A stretch of DNA of 62,548 nucleotides, the filler included, from Chiloscyllium plagiosum (taxonomy: Eukaryota), in the NCBI RefSeq assembly GCF_004010195.1. It is 4 parts of one record of this genome, joined end to end, with 100 filler letters (N's around TTAATTAATTAA, not from the genome) between each part and the next. Parts side by side here need not be neighbours in the genome. Positions count along the whole stretch, not along the records: positions 22,334 to 38,792 come from NC_057711.1; 3 more parts are not named here. One strand, 5' to 3'. Both the position numbers and the translations under genes were made by a program. How positions within the stretch are numbered: position 1 is the stretch's first letter; each line of letters begins with the position of its first letter. The notes under the pieces were generated by a model. It was not told the DNA's origin. It ran no database searches and saw only the letters and a list, made by a program, of their open reading frames with translations. Of the stretch, positions 24,666 to 37,381 are shown in pieces.

Positions 24666-25309
24666 ACAATCTTTGTGTGGTATCATCTGTCTGTGCTGCA
24701 CGCAAAACAAATCTTTCCATTGTACTTCAGTACATGTGACAGCAATAAAGCAAATTAAACCATGGCTATCTTGGAGTGGTACCAACAGCATGGGTTCAAT
24801 TCTCATTACCATGAAAGACTCTCCTTCTCAACACTCCCTTCGCCTGAGGCACGGTGACTCTGAGGTTAAGCCACCACCAGTTATCCCTCTCTCTCTCATG
24901 AGAGAGTGCTCTAGAACTGTTGATGGTGCAAATTCCACACTCCCACTGACTGATCTAAAGCATCTCTCCATGCTTTTGTGAGCCACGTCTACTCTTAGGG
25001 TAGCAATGTGACAATAAACACCACCATCAGCAGTCTCCTACCTCCTCCATCCTAGTGTCAAACATTGCCTCTGCCAATGCTTCCATCACTGTTGGACCAG
25101 AGGGTTATCTGACAGATACCTGCCTGCTGCAGAATGCCTTTGCCAGTTTATCTGTGGCGTTCAGCATTTTGGATAATGGAAAGCAAGTTTGGTGTCAGTG
25201 GAGACAGGGAATTGGAGATGTCAGTTGATCAGTGAGGGCTGGGATAATATGAACTTTGCTGTAGTCCTAACTCATGATACTGTGACTTGGGGAAACAACT
25301 TGGTGGTGG

Positions 25310-25830
25310 TGGCATCTACAAGGCACAGGTCAGGAGTGTGATGGAATACTCCCTACTTGTCTGGATGGGTGCAGTTCCAACAACACTCAAGAAGCTTGAC
25401 ACCATCCAGGAGAAAGCAACCACTTAATTGCCACCACATCCACAAGCATCCATTCCCTCTGCCACTGACGCTCAGTAGCAGCAGTGTGTACTACCTACGA
25501 GGTGCGCTACAGAATTTCACCAAAGATCCTCAGACAGCACCTTCCAAACCCACAACCACTTCCACCTGGAAGGACAAGGGCAGCAGATACATGGGAACAC
25601 CACCGCCTGCAAGTTCCCCTCCAATCCATTCACCATCCCGACTTGGAAATATATCGCTGTTCCTTCAGCAGCACTGGGTCAAAATCCTGGAATTCCTTCC
25701 ATAAGGGCATTATGGGTTATCCCACAACAGGTGGTCTACAGTGGCTCAAGCAGGCAGCTCACCACCACCCTCTCAAGGGCAACTAGGGATGGACAATAAA
25801 TGCTGGCCCAGCCAGCGACGAGTGAATCCA
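25310..25830 (+). mobile_element. CR1-group LINE 3' end (likely partner of SINE family 2)
   Basis: IYKAQVRSVMEYS-like and LKKLDTIQ-like motifs, GSKSWNSF, tail gggcaactagggatggacaataaatgctgg. Confidence 0.75.
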
Positions 25831-27336
25831 GAAAAAGTAACCATGGCAAAGCTGTTGATGGGTCCAGGTGATTTTCGAGTTAAGTAAACACTCTGATTCC
25901 AAGAATGCAAACACAAAATGTAATTTGAAATGGAAAAGCAAAGGTGTAATGCTTTTCTCTTTGCTCTGTGTTTAAGCCAAAAGTCTCAAGCTCAAGTTCT
26001 CCAGCTCTGGAGTTTGCGATTCCTGCTACGTACGGTTTTCCATCTTTGATGGGGTTGGTCATATGCTCAATGCTGACACACGAGCCCAGGATCGGTGAGG
26101 AACGATCTCTGATTTGCAGACAGTGAACAAAAATGAACCAGTGGATCCAGTATGAAAGCAGAATAGAATACAAAGTGATGCTTCCTTCGATTTTAGCTCA
26201 TGGCCAGCTGAAGTTTGGAGACTGCCCATTTGGGACATCAGTTTGCAATAAGAGCTGGGCCATTCTCCAACCTAAGCAGGCCCCAACAACTCACATATTC
26301 AGGAGTGTAGGCTGGTAACTCTTCTTCATGTGAAGGGGAGAGGCAATCTGGAACTCCTCCCCCACCCCAACTCGGCTGTGCTATCCAGAGAGTTAAAGCT
26401 TTCAAGACCGAGATCAATAGCTTTATGTTAGGTAAGAGCTTCGGTGGAAATGGCACAAAGACAGAGGACTAGGAGTTGAGATGCACATCAGTTATGATCC
26501 CATTGAATAATGGAGTGGGCCCATGGGCCTCAACGCTGTTACCTTGCGAGGCAGAGAGTGCAGATGCCTACATTCATTCCCTAGCAACGTGAGAAATCCG
26601 GTCCTCAATGAATCACGTAAGAGTGCCCAAAATGGCAAAACAATTCCAGTGGTGGATGGTGATGTCCTATTTGATCATTACAAATGTCACTCACCAGCAA
26701 TGATTTCTGTTCAGGTTTTCTTCACCCTGAGGCCGAATTGACAGAAACGCCTTCAGGCTATTCTCGCTCACTTTTACTGAAAACATAGCTTTCTGCAGTG
26801 GCCTGCCTCCTGCAGCATGTGCATTGGAATGCTTTATAACATTTAAACACATTTGTGTGCATGTGGGTAGTTGCTGTTTGTACTGCTTCACCGCTGAAGG
26901 TGTTGGCTCCTCAATGGGGCATGCCCCCCAAGGGTCTTCAGTATCTCTCCAAAGTGAATAATTCACACATGATCTGACCAACGGTGAACTGTATTCTTCA
27001 TTAAAGCAGCTGGCTAATAGCAGTCAACTTCTGAGGACTGGGTCTCAGCATTGCAAAGGGAAGAGTTTCAGATAGTGGCTCTTGCCATGAAGAGGTTTGG
27101 GACTCGAATAATAGGGGGAAGGGAATTTGTAAATGGGGGAGGGCATCAGTAAAAGGACAAATGCTGATACAACAGGTAAACAGGATAATTAAGTAGCATC
27201 AGTAAATTCAACATAGTTCATCTCCAAGTTGGAGAATTGAGAATTTGATACAGTTATAAGGGCTACTGAGCCCTCTGAAACTGGGACAATTATAGAGCGT
27301 GATCCTGAAGCTGAGTTTAAACCTACTGTAGGTCTA

Positions 27337-27616
27337 TTTTTGTTTTTGCAGGTGTGAGACACAGTGAAAGACACAAAGTGCACGAATCTTTATTCAAATT
27401 CCACCACCAGGAAGATAGGAAAACACCCGGGTGGCCAGTGACAAACACTGCCCTTCACATCAAAGGGCAGTGCTGTGTGATCAAAACAGTGAAGGGGACG
27501 GGAGGGACTAAATCAAAATAGAGTTGGAGGGAGAAATGATGCACTCCACTCCCTGCAATCCCCTACTCTCCACGGCCCGCTGCCTCGACCTGTTGATGGC
27601 CAGTTTGGCCAGGCCC
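27337..27616 (-). mobile_element. Tx1-type (L1 clade) 3' fragment with 15-bp TSD
   Basis: GLAKLAINRSRQRAVE ORF2 C-terminal motif, AATAAA and A-rich tail. TSD cctactgtaggtcta at 27322-27336 and 27617-27631. Confidence 0.8.
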
Positions 27617-28109
27617 CCTACTGTAGGTCTACTGAATTCCCTACTTTTTTTTTCATTTGTCCGTGGAATGATGGGTGTTTTATTGATCTAAGTGGCTTGC
27701 TAATGACATTTCAGAAAGCAATTAAGGGTCAACCACATTCATTGAACTGCATTGGCTCCCAGACAAGCAATGCTTTCATTTTAAAGTTCTCGTCCTAGTT
27801 ATCAAATCCTTCCATGTTCCCAACCTCCCTCTACATCTGTAATTTCATCCAGCCCCACAACCCTTTGGAATAATTCCCTGATTCTGCCCTCTTGAGCATC
27901 TCAACTTTTAACTGTAACATCATTGGAGGCCTTCACCTTCCTCAGGTCGACTCTCTGCAATTTCCTCCCTAAACCTCTCTGCTTCTGCTCGCTGTGCCTT
28001 GAGAATGTAAGGAATAGGAGCAAAAGTTGAGCATCAAGACTGTTGAATCTGCACCACCATTCAGTGCAACCATGACTAACCCTCAGCCCCAACTCCACTC
28101 AATCTAGCC

Positions 28110-29460
28110 TATTTGCTGCTCACAATGTGGTCTCCTGTATGTTGGGGAACCAAGGTATAGACTGAGTTCTATTTGCAAAAAAGACCCTGAGATTCCAGTT
28201 GCCTACCACTTCAACACATTACCTTATTCCCCGACCGAATTCTGTATCCCAGGCTTGCTGCAGTGCTCCAGTGAAGCTCACCACAAGGTGAAAGAACAAC
28301 AGCTCACTTTCCGCTTGGGGACCCTGCAGCCTTCTGGACTCAATGTTGGGTTAAAGAGTTGTAGGGCTTGAGGCCTTCTCACATGTCCTTTTCCCAACCC
28401 CCAAATACCAGGTTTCATTATCACATGCAACAAAAACAGAAATCGCTGGAGAGGCTCAGCAGGTCTGGCAGCATCTGTGGAGAGAAATCAAGAGATAACA
28501 TTTCGGGTTGAGTGAGCCTTCCTCAGAACTGGAGGTAGGGTCTGAGCTCTGAGGAAGGGTCACTCCACCCAAAACGTTGCTTTCTTTCCACGTATGCTTG
28601 AAAGGGTTCAGAAAAGATTTACAAGGATGTTGCCAGGGTTGGAGGATTTGAGCTACAGGGAGAGGCTGAACAGGCTGGGGCTGTTTTCCCTGGAGGCTGA
28701 GGACTGACCTTATAGAGGTTTACAAAATTATGAGAGGCATGGTTAAGGTAAATAGGCAAAGTCTTTTCCCTGGGGTTCGGGAATCCAGAACTAGAGGGCA
28801 TAGGCTTAGGGTGAGAGGGGAAAGATATAAAAGAGATCTACGGGGCAACTTTTTCACACAGAGGGTGGTACTGGACCGAAGGGTCTGTTTCTGTGCTGTA
28901 CATCTCTATGATGTGCTGCCAGGCCTGCTGAGATTCTCCAGGCGTTTCTATTTTTGTCTCTGATTCACAGCATCCACAGTTCTTTTGGTTTTTATTTAGC
29001 ATTTAACTCACTGGAACTTCTCTTCTAAGTGTGCCCACCTTGAAGAAGTTCTGCTCCTGTCTCCTACAGGATTTTCACTCCAATCTTTCCCGTGTCCTCC
29101 GACATTAATTTCACTGTCACTCCTGGTGTTTGACAAGGTATTTGCTAAAACCCGTTTCCACAGCCACATCACATTCCTCAGGTGACTGCCTCTGGCTAAG
29201 ACTCACCCCACATAGATTCCAACGCAAGCGTCATCCCTCGTGCTCTGAATCCACCCAGGATCATTCACGATGTTCAGCATTCCAAAGTCATCTGATCTTG
29301 CCACATCCTGAGATTTGCACTCAGTGCCATGCATCGTCGTATACATAGCCCAACCCCAGTTCTGAGGAAGGGTCACTCAACCTGAAATGCTAACTCTGAT
29401 TTCACTCCACAGATGCTTCCAGACATGCTGAGCTTTTCTAGCAACTTCTGTCTTCGTGTC
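28110..29460 (+). mobile_element. Rearranged PLE family-B locus: GIY-YIG remnant, inverted and direct terminal repeats, N-terminal ORF remnant
   Basis: CSQCGLLYVGE-like and EQQLTFRLGTLQPSGLN (28110-28350); repeats at 28435-28600, 28912-29000 and 29358-29460; LVFDKVFAKTRFHSHITFL (about 29123-29180). A CR1 3' piece is inserted at about 28597-28910. Confidence 0.7.
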
Positions 29461-30137
29461 AACTCTACTTTCTCACCTGTTCCCAATATCCCTTGAATCC
29501 CTGAGAGACCAAAAACCCATCTCTCTTAGCGTCAAATATATTCACCGATGGACCAGCTACAACAATCTGGGATGGAGAATTCCAAAAAACTCATAGCCCT
29601 TCGAGTGAAGAAATTTCTCAGTATTTCAGTCCAAAATGGTCACCACCTTATTCTTAGACTGTGCGGCCATGTTTTAGATTCCTGGCCTAGGGCAGCAATA
29701 ACTTCCTGTCAGACATCTCGGTGAAACTCAGCAGCTTTTGTGCCATCTGAAGTGTTAACATTTCTTGTCCACAGAGGAAGTGGTGGAGGCTGGAACAATT
29801 GCAACATTTAAGAGACATTTGGATGGGTATATGAATAGGAAGGCTTTGGAGGGCTATGGGGCAGGTGCTGGCAGGTGGGACTAGATTGGGTTGGGGTATC
29901 TGGTTGGCATGGACAGATTGGACCGAAGGGTCTGTTTCTGTGTTGTACATCTCTATGACTCTATGACTCTATGACTGAAAGGTGTTGAAAAATGACTTTT
30001 TTTTAAATATACTTTTGACAGAGACAAAGGCACTGTGTAAAAAACCACAGAGTTGTTAATGATGGTGAAAGAGAAACAGAGGTGTAAAATTGGTGTGAAA
30101 TAAGTTGTGAAAGGGAGGGATAGGTCCTTTCTACTAA

Positions 30138-30290
30138 GAGTCAAGACTGTGGTGCTGGATTCACAATGAAGGGCTTATACTCAAAACATCGATTCCCCTG
30201 TTCCTCTGACGCTGCCTGACGTGCTGTGCTTTTCCAGCACCACAGTCTCGACTCTGATCTCCAGTATCTGCAGTCCTCACTTTCTCCTCG
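30138..30290. mobile_element. Bipartite inverted PLE family-A insertion, degenerate hammerhead
   Basis: Inverted piece gagtcaagactgtggtgctgga, then ATGAagggcttatactcaaaacatcgattc. Confidence 0.8.
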
Positions 30291-30329
30291 CTACTTCATT
30301 GGAGTATTGCCTTCCAATGGTCAAGAAAG

Positions 30330-31740
30330 AGATAAGGCAGGGTCAAACTGCCCATGCATTCATGCTCAGAGTTCAGTGATCAAAGTTGGGGAACTGGAAT
30401 CAGAAATTGTTCTCAAGGTAGCATCAACAGAAAAGTGGCTCGAGCCAAAACAGGATATTTAATATCCCGGGTTATAAGGTTTTTCATAGAAACAGAATGA
30501 GTAAAGAGGACGGAGGTGTAACAGTCTTGGCCAAAGATAGTATCAAAGCCTTCGAATGAAATACACTTCCTGTACAGGTTGGATGTGAGAAACAGGAAGG
30601 GAGCAGCAACCATGTTGGCATTGTTGGTGATGAAATGAATTATGCGGTGGGTGACTCGCTTGTAGTGGTCCAATTTAGAGGAACAATGAATCATGCCATA
30701 CAAGCCTCAAGATATTGGTGAGGTCACGGGGAGAGACAAGTCACCCTAATGGTAACAAGTCACTCCGACGAGATACAGAAAGTTGCGTGATTATATATGT
30801 TACAATCATTTGACAATTAGCAAACTATTAATTACAGTATAATGAGTAAGTAGGCACTTTGCCCAGTCACTAGCCACAGTCACCTTGTGCCTAGGCAGTG
30901 CTAGTTAGTAGCTGATAGGCAAGTGTTAGTATACAATAGATTCTTGGAAAAGAAGAACATTCCCATGTTGGGAAAGATTTTCACTATCAGGTGTTAGTAC
31001 AACTGCAAGGTCAACCACCTCATTGAGCCAGGGAAGCATACAAGCTTAACAAGCAGACACTAATATGAGATTCAAAATGGTCTCCAGGCATTTAGTATGT
31101 GACAAAATGGCTGCTTTGGTTATAACAAGTCTTCCACAGATATTTTTTACAGACCTCCAAATCATGGAGATGAATCAGAAGAGAACATTTGTAGGCAAAT
31201 TATAGAAATCTGCAGGACAAGTACAGTTGTGGTAGTTTGGTGATTTCAATTACTCGAGGGTAGACTGGGAAAAATGTAGAGTGTGCATCACAGAAGGGGA
31301 GAAATTTCAGCAATGTGTGCACAACAATTTTCTGGACCAGTACATTTCCAATCCTATCAGGGTCCGAGCTGGTGCTAGGAAATGAGGCAGGCCAAGTGGA
31401 GAACATCAACTAGGCGAAAGTGAGGACTGCAGATGCTGGAGATCAGAGTCAAAAATAGAGTGGTGCTGGAATAACACAGCCGGTCAGGCAGCATCCGAGG
31501 AGCAGGAAAATCAATGTTTCGGGCAAAAGCCCTTCATCAGGACATCAGCATCAGGGAGCATTTGGGAAATAGCAATCATAATATAATAAGGTTCAATATT
31601 AAGTTGGAAAAGGATAAAAAATCAGAGAACGATTAAGACTGGAAAAAGTCAGATTTTAGGGTCTAAAATTTGAACAGGAGCAGGTTGATTGGAAGTGCAT
31701 TTTGGTGTATATAGTAATGGATGAAAGATGGGAAACTCGA
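30330..31740 (+). mobile_element. Old CR1 endonuclease region with nested insertions
   Basis: FNIPGYKVF, VRNRKGAATML..FYRPPN, GDFNY, LVLGNEAGQV, LGNSNHN. Confidence 0.7.
31412..31541 (-). mobile_element. PLE family-A terminal repeat
   Basis: Minus strand cCTGATGAagggcttttgcccGAAACATT (core 31513-31540); homology ends 1 nt upstream of the core. Confidence 0.85.
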
Positions 31741-32321
31741 AAAGAGAGAGGAATTGGATGCAAGCCAAGCATATATGATTCTTCTTCAGAAGAGATTCTT
31801 TGTTCTTTAGAAAAGTATTGTGGATGCGAAACATTAATCCTGTGTTTCTCTCTCCACAGATGCTGGCAAACCAGCACTCCCTGTTTTTATTTCAGATTTC
31901 CAGCATTCACGGTATTTTGTCTCTATGCCTCAACATTGAACAGGTAGCAGGGTTGCCCTCAAATTTTCAACTTTCCATGTTAAGGCTCGTTTTAAGCTAC
32001 TTAAGCAAAAAGGTGATGTAACCAAGAGTCGGACATGTGCCCTGGCAAAAAAAGATCAGCGTTGAAGAGTTAAATTCAGTCAGTGCTACAGACAGGATTT
32101 TGTTTAAAATCATTGTCAGGCAATGTTGGAGAATGATCATTCGTTGCTCGCTCCCAGTTTGCTAGAGTAGGTGTTGGTGAGCTCCAACCTACTGTGTAAT
32201 GGTGCTTTCAGTTCAATACAATGTTAGGAATTCTACAATAATCACAGAATCACTGAATTGTTGCAGTGCCTATGAATTTCTTAGCCAAACATTCTAAGAT
32301 GGGTGCAAATTTAAGAACAGC

Positions 32322-35300
32322 ATAGAACATAGAATATTACAGCGCAGTACAGGCCCTTCAGCCCTCGGTGTTCTGCCAACCTGTGGAAATAATCTGAAGC
32401 CCATCTAACCTACACTACTCCGTTCTTGTCCATATGCCTATCAGTGACCATTTAAATGCCCTTAAAGTTGGCGAGTCTACTACTTTTGCAGGCAGTGCGT
32501 TCCATGTCCCTACTATTCTGAGTAAAGAAACTACTTCTGACATCTGACCTATATCTATCATCCCTCAATTTAAAGCTGCGTCTCCTCGTGCTAGCCATCG
32601 CCATTCAAGAAAAAAGGCTCTCACTCTCCAACCTATCTAACCTTCTGATTATCTTATATGTCTCAATTAAATCACCTCTCAACCTTCTTCTCTGTAACAA
32701 AAACAGCCTGAAATCCCTCAGCCTTTCCTCATAAGACCTTCCCTCCATACCAGGCAACATCCTAGTAAATCTCCTCTGAACCCTTTCCAAAGCTTCCACA
32801 TCCTTCCTATAACGCGGTGACCAGAACTGTACACAATACTCCAAATGTGGCCACACCAGAGTTTTGTACAGCTGCAGCATGATCTCATGGTTCCAAAACT
32901 CAATCATTATAACAATAAAAGCTAACGCACCATATGCCTTCTTAACAACCCTATCAACGTGGGTGGCAATTTCCAAGGATCTGTGTATCTGGACACCGAG
33001 ATCTCTCTGCTCATTTACACTACCAAGAATCTTCCCATTAGCCAGTACTCTGCATTCCTGTTAATCCTTCCAAAGTGAGTCACCTCATACTTTTCCGCAT
33101 TGAACTCCATTTGTCACCTCTCAGCCCAGCTCTGTAGCTTATCTATGTCCCATTGTAACCTACAACAGTCTTCGTCACTAACCACAACTCTACCAACCTT
33201 AGTATCATCCGCAAATTTACTAAACCATCCTTCTATGCCCTCATCCAGGTCATTTATATAAATGACAAAGAACAGTGGACTCAAAACAGATCCTTGCGGT
33301 AACCGACTAGTAAATGAATTCCAGGATTTCCCATCAACCACTACCTTCTGTCTTCTTTCAGATGGCCAACTTCTGATCCAAACTGCTTCTGACCTAAATC
33401 ACCCTCAATCCCATGCCTCTAAGTTTTGTGCAATAGCATTCGATGGTGAACCTTATCAATGCCTTACTGAAATCCATATACACCACATCAACCACTTTAA
33501 CCCGCATCTACCAGTTTGGTCACCTTCTCAAGGTTTGTAAGGCATAACCAATCTATCACAAAGCTGTGTTGACTATCCCTAATCTACTTATTCCTCTTGA
33601 GGTGATTATAAATCCTATCTCTCATAACTCTTTCCAACATTTTACCCAGTAAGGTTCACTGGTCTATAATTTCCAGGGTTGTCTCTACTCCCCTTCTTGA
33701 ACAAGGGAACAATATTTGCTATCCTCAAGTCTTCTGGCACTATTCCTGTAGACAATTATGACATAAAGATCAAAGCCAAAGTTTGGGAATCTCCTCCCTG
33801 GCTTCCCAGAGAATCCTAGGATAAATCCCATCCAGCCCAGGGGACATATCTGTTTTTACACTTTCCAGAATTGCTAACATCTCCTCCTTATGCACCTCAA
33901 TCCCATCTAGTCTAGTAGCCTGTATCTGAGTATTCTCCTCAACCACATTGTCTTTTTCCAGTGTGAATACTGACGAAAATTATTCATTTCGCATTTCCCC
34001 TATCTCATCTGACTCCACACTCAACTTCCCACTACTATGCTTGATTGGCCCTAATCTTACTTTAGTCATTCTTTTATTCCTGATATAGCTATAGAAAGTT
34101 TTAGGGTAATCCTTGATCCTATCCACCAATGACTTCTCATGTCCCCTCCTGTCTCTTCTTACCTTTCTCTTTAGGTCTTTCCAGGCTAACCTGTAACTCT
34201 CAAGCACCCTAACTGAGCCTTCACATCTNNNNNNNNNNNGTAATCCTTGATCCTATCCACCAATGACTTCTCATGTCCCCTCCTGTCTCTTCTTAGCTTT
34301 CTCTTTAGGTCTTTCCAGGCTAACCTGTAACTCTCAAGCACCCTAACTGAGGCTACACATCTCATCCTAACATAAGCTATCTTCTTCCTCTTGATAAGAA
34401 ATTCAACTTCTTTAGTACACCATGGCCCCCTTGCTCAACAACTACCTCCCTGTCTGACGAGTACATACTTACCAAGGACCCACAGTAGCTGGTCCTTGAA
34501 TAAGGTCCACATTTCAATCATGCCCATCCCTTGCAGTTTCCTGCCCCATCCTATGCATCCTAAATCTTGCCTAATCTCATCATAATTGCCTTTCCCCCCA
34601 GCTATAACTTTTGCCCTGTGCTTATTTACCTATCCCTTTCCATCACGAAAATAAACATAACCAAATTTTGGTCACTATCACCAAAGTGCTCACCTGCCTC
34701 CAAATCTAACACCTGGCCAGGTTCATTACCCAGTACTAAATCTAATGTGGCCTTGCCCCTTGTAGGCCTGTCTATATACTGTGTCAGGAAACCATTCTGC
34801 ACACATTGGACAAAAACTGACCTATCTAAAAGTACTTGAACTATAGTATTCCCAGTCAATATTTGGAAATTTATGTCCCCCATAACAATTACCTCTCCTA
34901 TCGAGGATCATCTTTGCTATCTTATCCTCTACATCTCTGGAACTATTTGGAGGCCTATAAAAAAATCCTAACAGTGTAACCTCTCCTTTCCTGTTTCTAA
35001 CGTCAGCCCATACTACCTCAGTAGACGAGTCCTCAAAAGTCCTTTCTGCAACCGTAATGCTGTCCTTGACTAAGAGTGCCACACCACGCCCTCTTTTACC
35101 ATTTTCTCTGTTCTTGTTGAATCAGTTAGATCCTGGAACCTGCAATAACCATTCCTGTCCCTGTTCTACCCATGTCTCTGAAATGGCCCACAACATTGAA
35201 ATCCCAGGTACCAACCCATGTTGCAAGTTCACCCACCTTATTGCAGGTGCTCCTGGTGCTGAAGTAGACACACTTCATGTCAACTTCTCGCCTGCCGGTG

Positions 35301-36360
35301 CCTTCTTGCGATCTTGAAATCTTATTTCTGACTTCACTATTCTCATCCTCCCGTATACTCAAACTACAATTTTGCTCCCCATCACTCTGCTGAATTAGTT
35401 TAAACCCACCCGAAGAGAATTAGCAAATCTCCCCCCAGGATATTGGTACCCCCTCTGGTTCAGGTGAAGACCATCCTGTTTGTAGATGCCCCACCTACCC
35501 CAGAAAGAGCCCCAATTATCCAGGAATCCAAACCCTCCCTCCTGCACCATCCCTGTAGCCACATGTCCAACTCCTCTCTCTCCGTATTCCTCGCTTCGCC
35601 AGCACTTGGCACGCATAACAAACCAGAGATAACAGCTCCGTTTGTTCTAGCTCTAAGCTTCCAACCTAGCTCCCTGAATTTCTGCCTTAAATCCCCATCC
35701 ATTTTCCTTATGTCATTGGTACCTATGTGGACCATGACTTGGAGCTGCTCCGCCTCCCCCTCAATGAAACCGAAAACACAGAGACATCACAAACCCTAGC
35801 ACCTGGGTAACAACACACCAACCATGAGTCTCCATCATTCTCACAGTATAGCCCATCTGTCCCCCCATAGAGTCCCCAGTGACTAATGCTCTGCTCCTCT
35901 TCCGCCTTCCCTTCTGAGCAACAGGGATAGACTCATTGCCAAAGACCTGTGCCCCATTGCTTACCCCTGGTAAATCCTTTCCCACCCCTCCCAACAGTAC
36001 CCAAAACGGTATACTTGGCTTTGAGGGGAATGGTCCCAGGAGATCCCTCACTGCCTGCCGATTCCCTTTCCATCCCTTGACGGTGACCCATTTACCTTTT
36101 TCTTTTACCTGAAGTGTGACCACCTCCCTGTAACTCCTCTCAATAGCCCCCTCTGTCTCTCAAATGATTCAAAGTTCATCCCAGCTCCAGCTCCAGTTCC
36201 CTAATACGGTTTTCGAGGAGCTGGAGTTGGATGCACATCCTGCAGAGGAAGTCAGCAGGGACACTAGTGGTGACCCTTACCTCTCACATTCTGCAGGAGG
36301 AATATTCAACTGCCCTAACCGCCATTCCCATGATTCTAAATTCCCAAAGAGCCTACTGAA
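32322..36360 (-). mobile_element. Near full-length decayed CR1 LINE (ORF1 with SGNH/GDSL esterase, ORF2 APE endonuclease and RT)
   Basis: ORF1: ALVTGDSM, VHIGTNDI, QDGLHLNQRG. EN: GFFYRPPN, LDLVLGNEP, GDSDQN. RT: LPQGSVLSPLFFVIYINDLD, KFADDTK. (ttctatg)n tail at the left end. Confidence 0.93.
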
Positions 36361-36384
36361 AAACTAAAAAAATGAAACCAATCA

Positions 36385-36950
36385 TCTGGATATTATTAAA
36401 CTGGAGTGGGTTCAGAAAAGACACACCAGGATGTTGCAGAGAATGGAGCGTTTGAGTCCTACGGAGAGGCTTACTGGGCTGGGACCTTTTTCACTGGAGC
36501 GTAGGAGATTAAGGGGTGACCTTATAGACCTTTATAAACCACGAGGGGTATAGATCAGGTGAATGGCATGTATCTTTTTTCCCTAGAGTATGGGTTTAAA
36601 GACTAGGCAGCACATTTCTAAGAGGTAAAAACAATGACTGCAGATGCTGGAAACCAGATTCTGGATTAGTGGTGCTGGAAGAGCACAGCAGTTCAGGCAG
36701 CATCCAAGGAGCTTCGAAGGTAAGAGGAGACATGGAGGCAAATTTTTACACAAGTGGTTCATGTGTGGGATGAACTTCCAGAGGAATTAGTGGATGTGGG
36801 TACAATTACAACACAGTACGTGAATAAGAAATGTTTGGAGGGTAAGGGACCAGGTGCAGGCAGGTGGAACTAGTTTAGATTGGGATTATGGTCAGCATGG
36901 ACTGGTTGGACTGAAGGGTCTGTTTCCGTGCTGTATGACTCTATGACTCT
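36385..36950 (+). mobile_element. CR1 3' end with nested PLE family-A fragment (about 36623-36718, minus)
   Basis: ctggagtgggttcagaaaaga start and gactctatgactct tail; insert gactgcagatgctggaaaccag..gcagcatcc. Confidence 0.8.
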
Positions 36951-37381
36951 CCATGCAAAGAAGGGGGGAGAAAACATAGGGTAATATTTCAAAATTACAA
37001 GCAAAACTTGAATTGGTTCCTGTAATTCTCACAGGCCCTGACTCTCCTTGTGTGCATTTCTAGCTTCTTTTGACTTTATTTCAGATTTCCAATACTTGTG
37101 ATTGTGTTTTGCTTTCCTCGTTAATCAGTCAAACAGTTTGTGGTTTACGCCTTGTCCATCCATCCCCAAGGGGCTTGTTCTTCACAAAAACTGGCTGAAC
37201 ATTTCGGAGCTGCACAAATCATTATTCCCCAGGAGAGGTAGGGGCAAGGGCCCCATCGAGAAGGTTCCAAGGCAGCTGGTACTCATGAACAGTTTTTCAG
37301 GGCGTAGATGATGGAATCAGTGTACCGAGACTCTCTTCTGCATAGCACTGCGTTAGGTTGGCTCACAAGGCAATCACTTCA

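Larger units (their letters stand above)
24322..24760 (+). mobile_element. Short non-autonomous element: caagatggcgccga head plus Rex1-type 3' tail, with nested PLE repeat
   Basis: Head near 24329; tail 24670-24760 matches the Rex1-type tail at 12320-12400; lies inside a family-3 SINE. Confidence 0.55.

Noticed and set aside
30635..30721. ATG AAT TAT GCG (MNYA), like the human AADAT start
   Set aside because: Following residues (VGDSLVVVQFRG) do not resemble AADAT, and it lies inside an insertion within a CR1.
34106..34362. 123-bp direct duplication around an 11-N gap
   Set aside because: Typical unmerged contig overlap; the few differences are likely allelic or errors.
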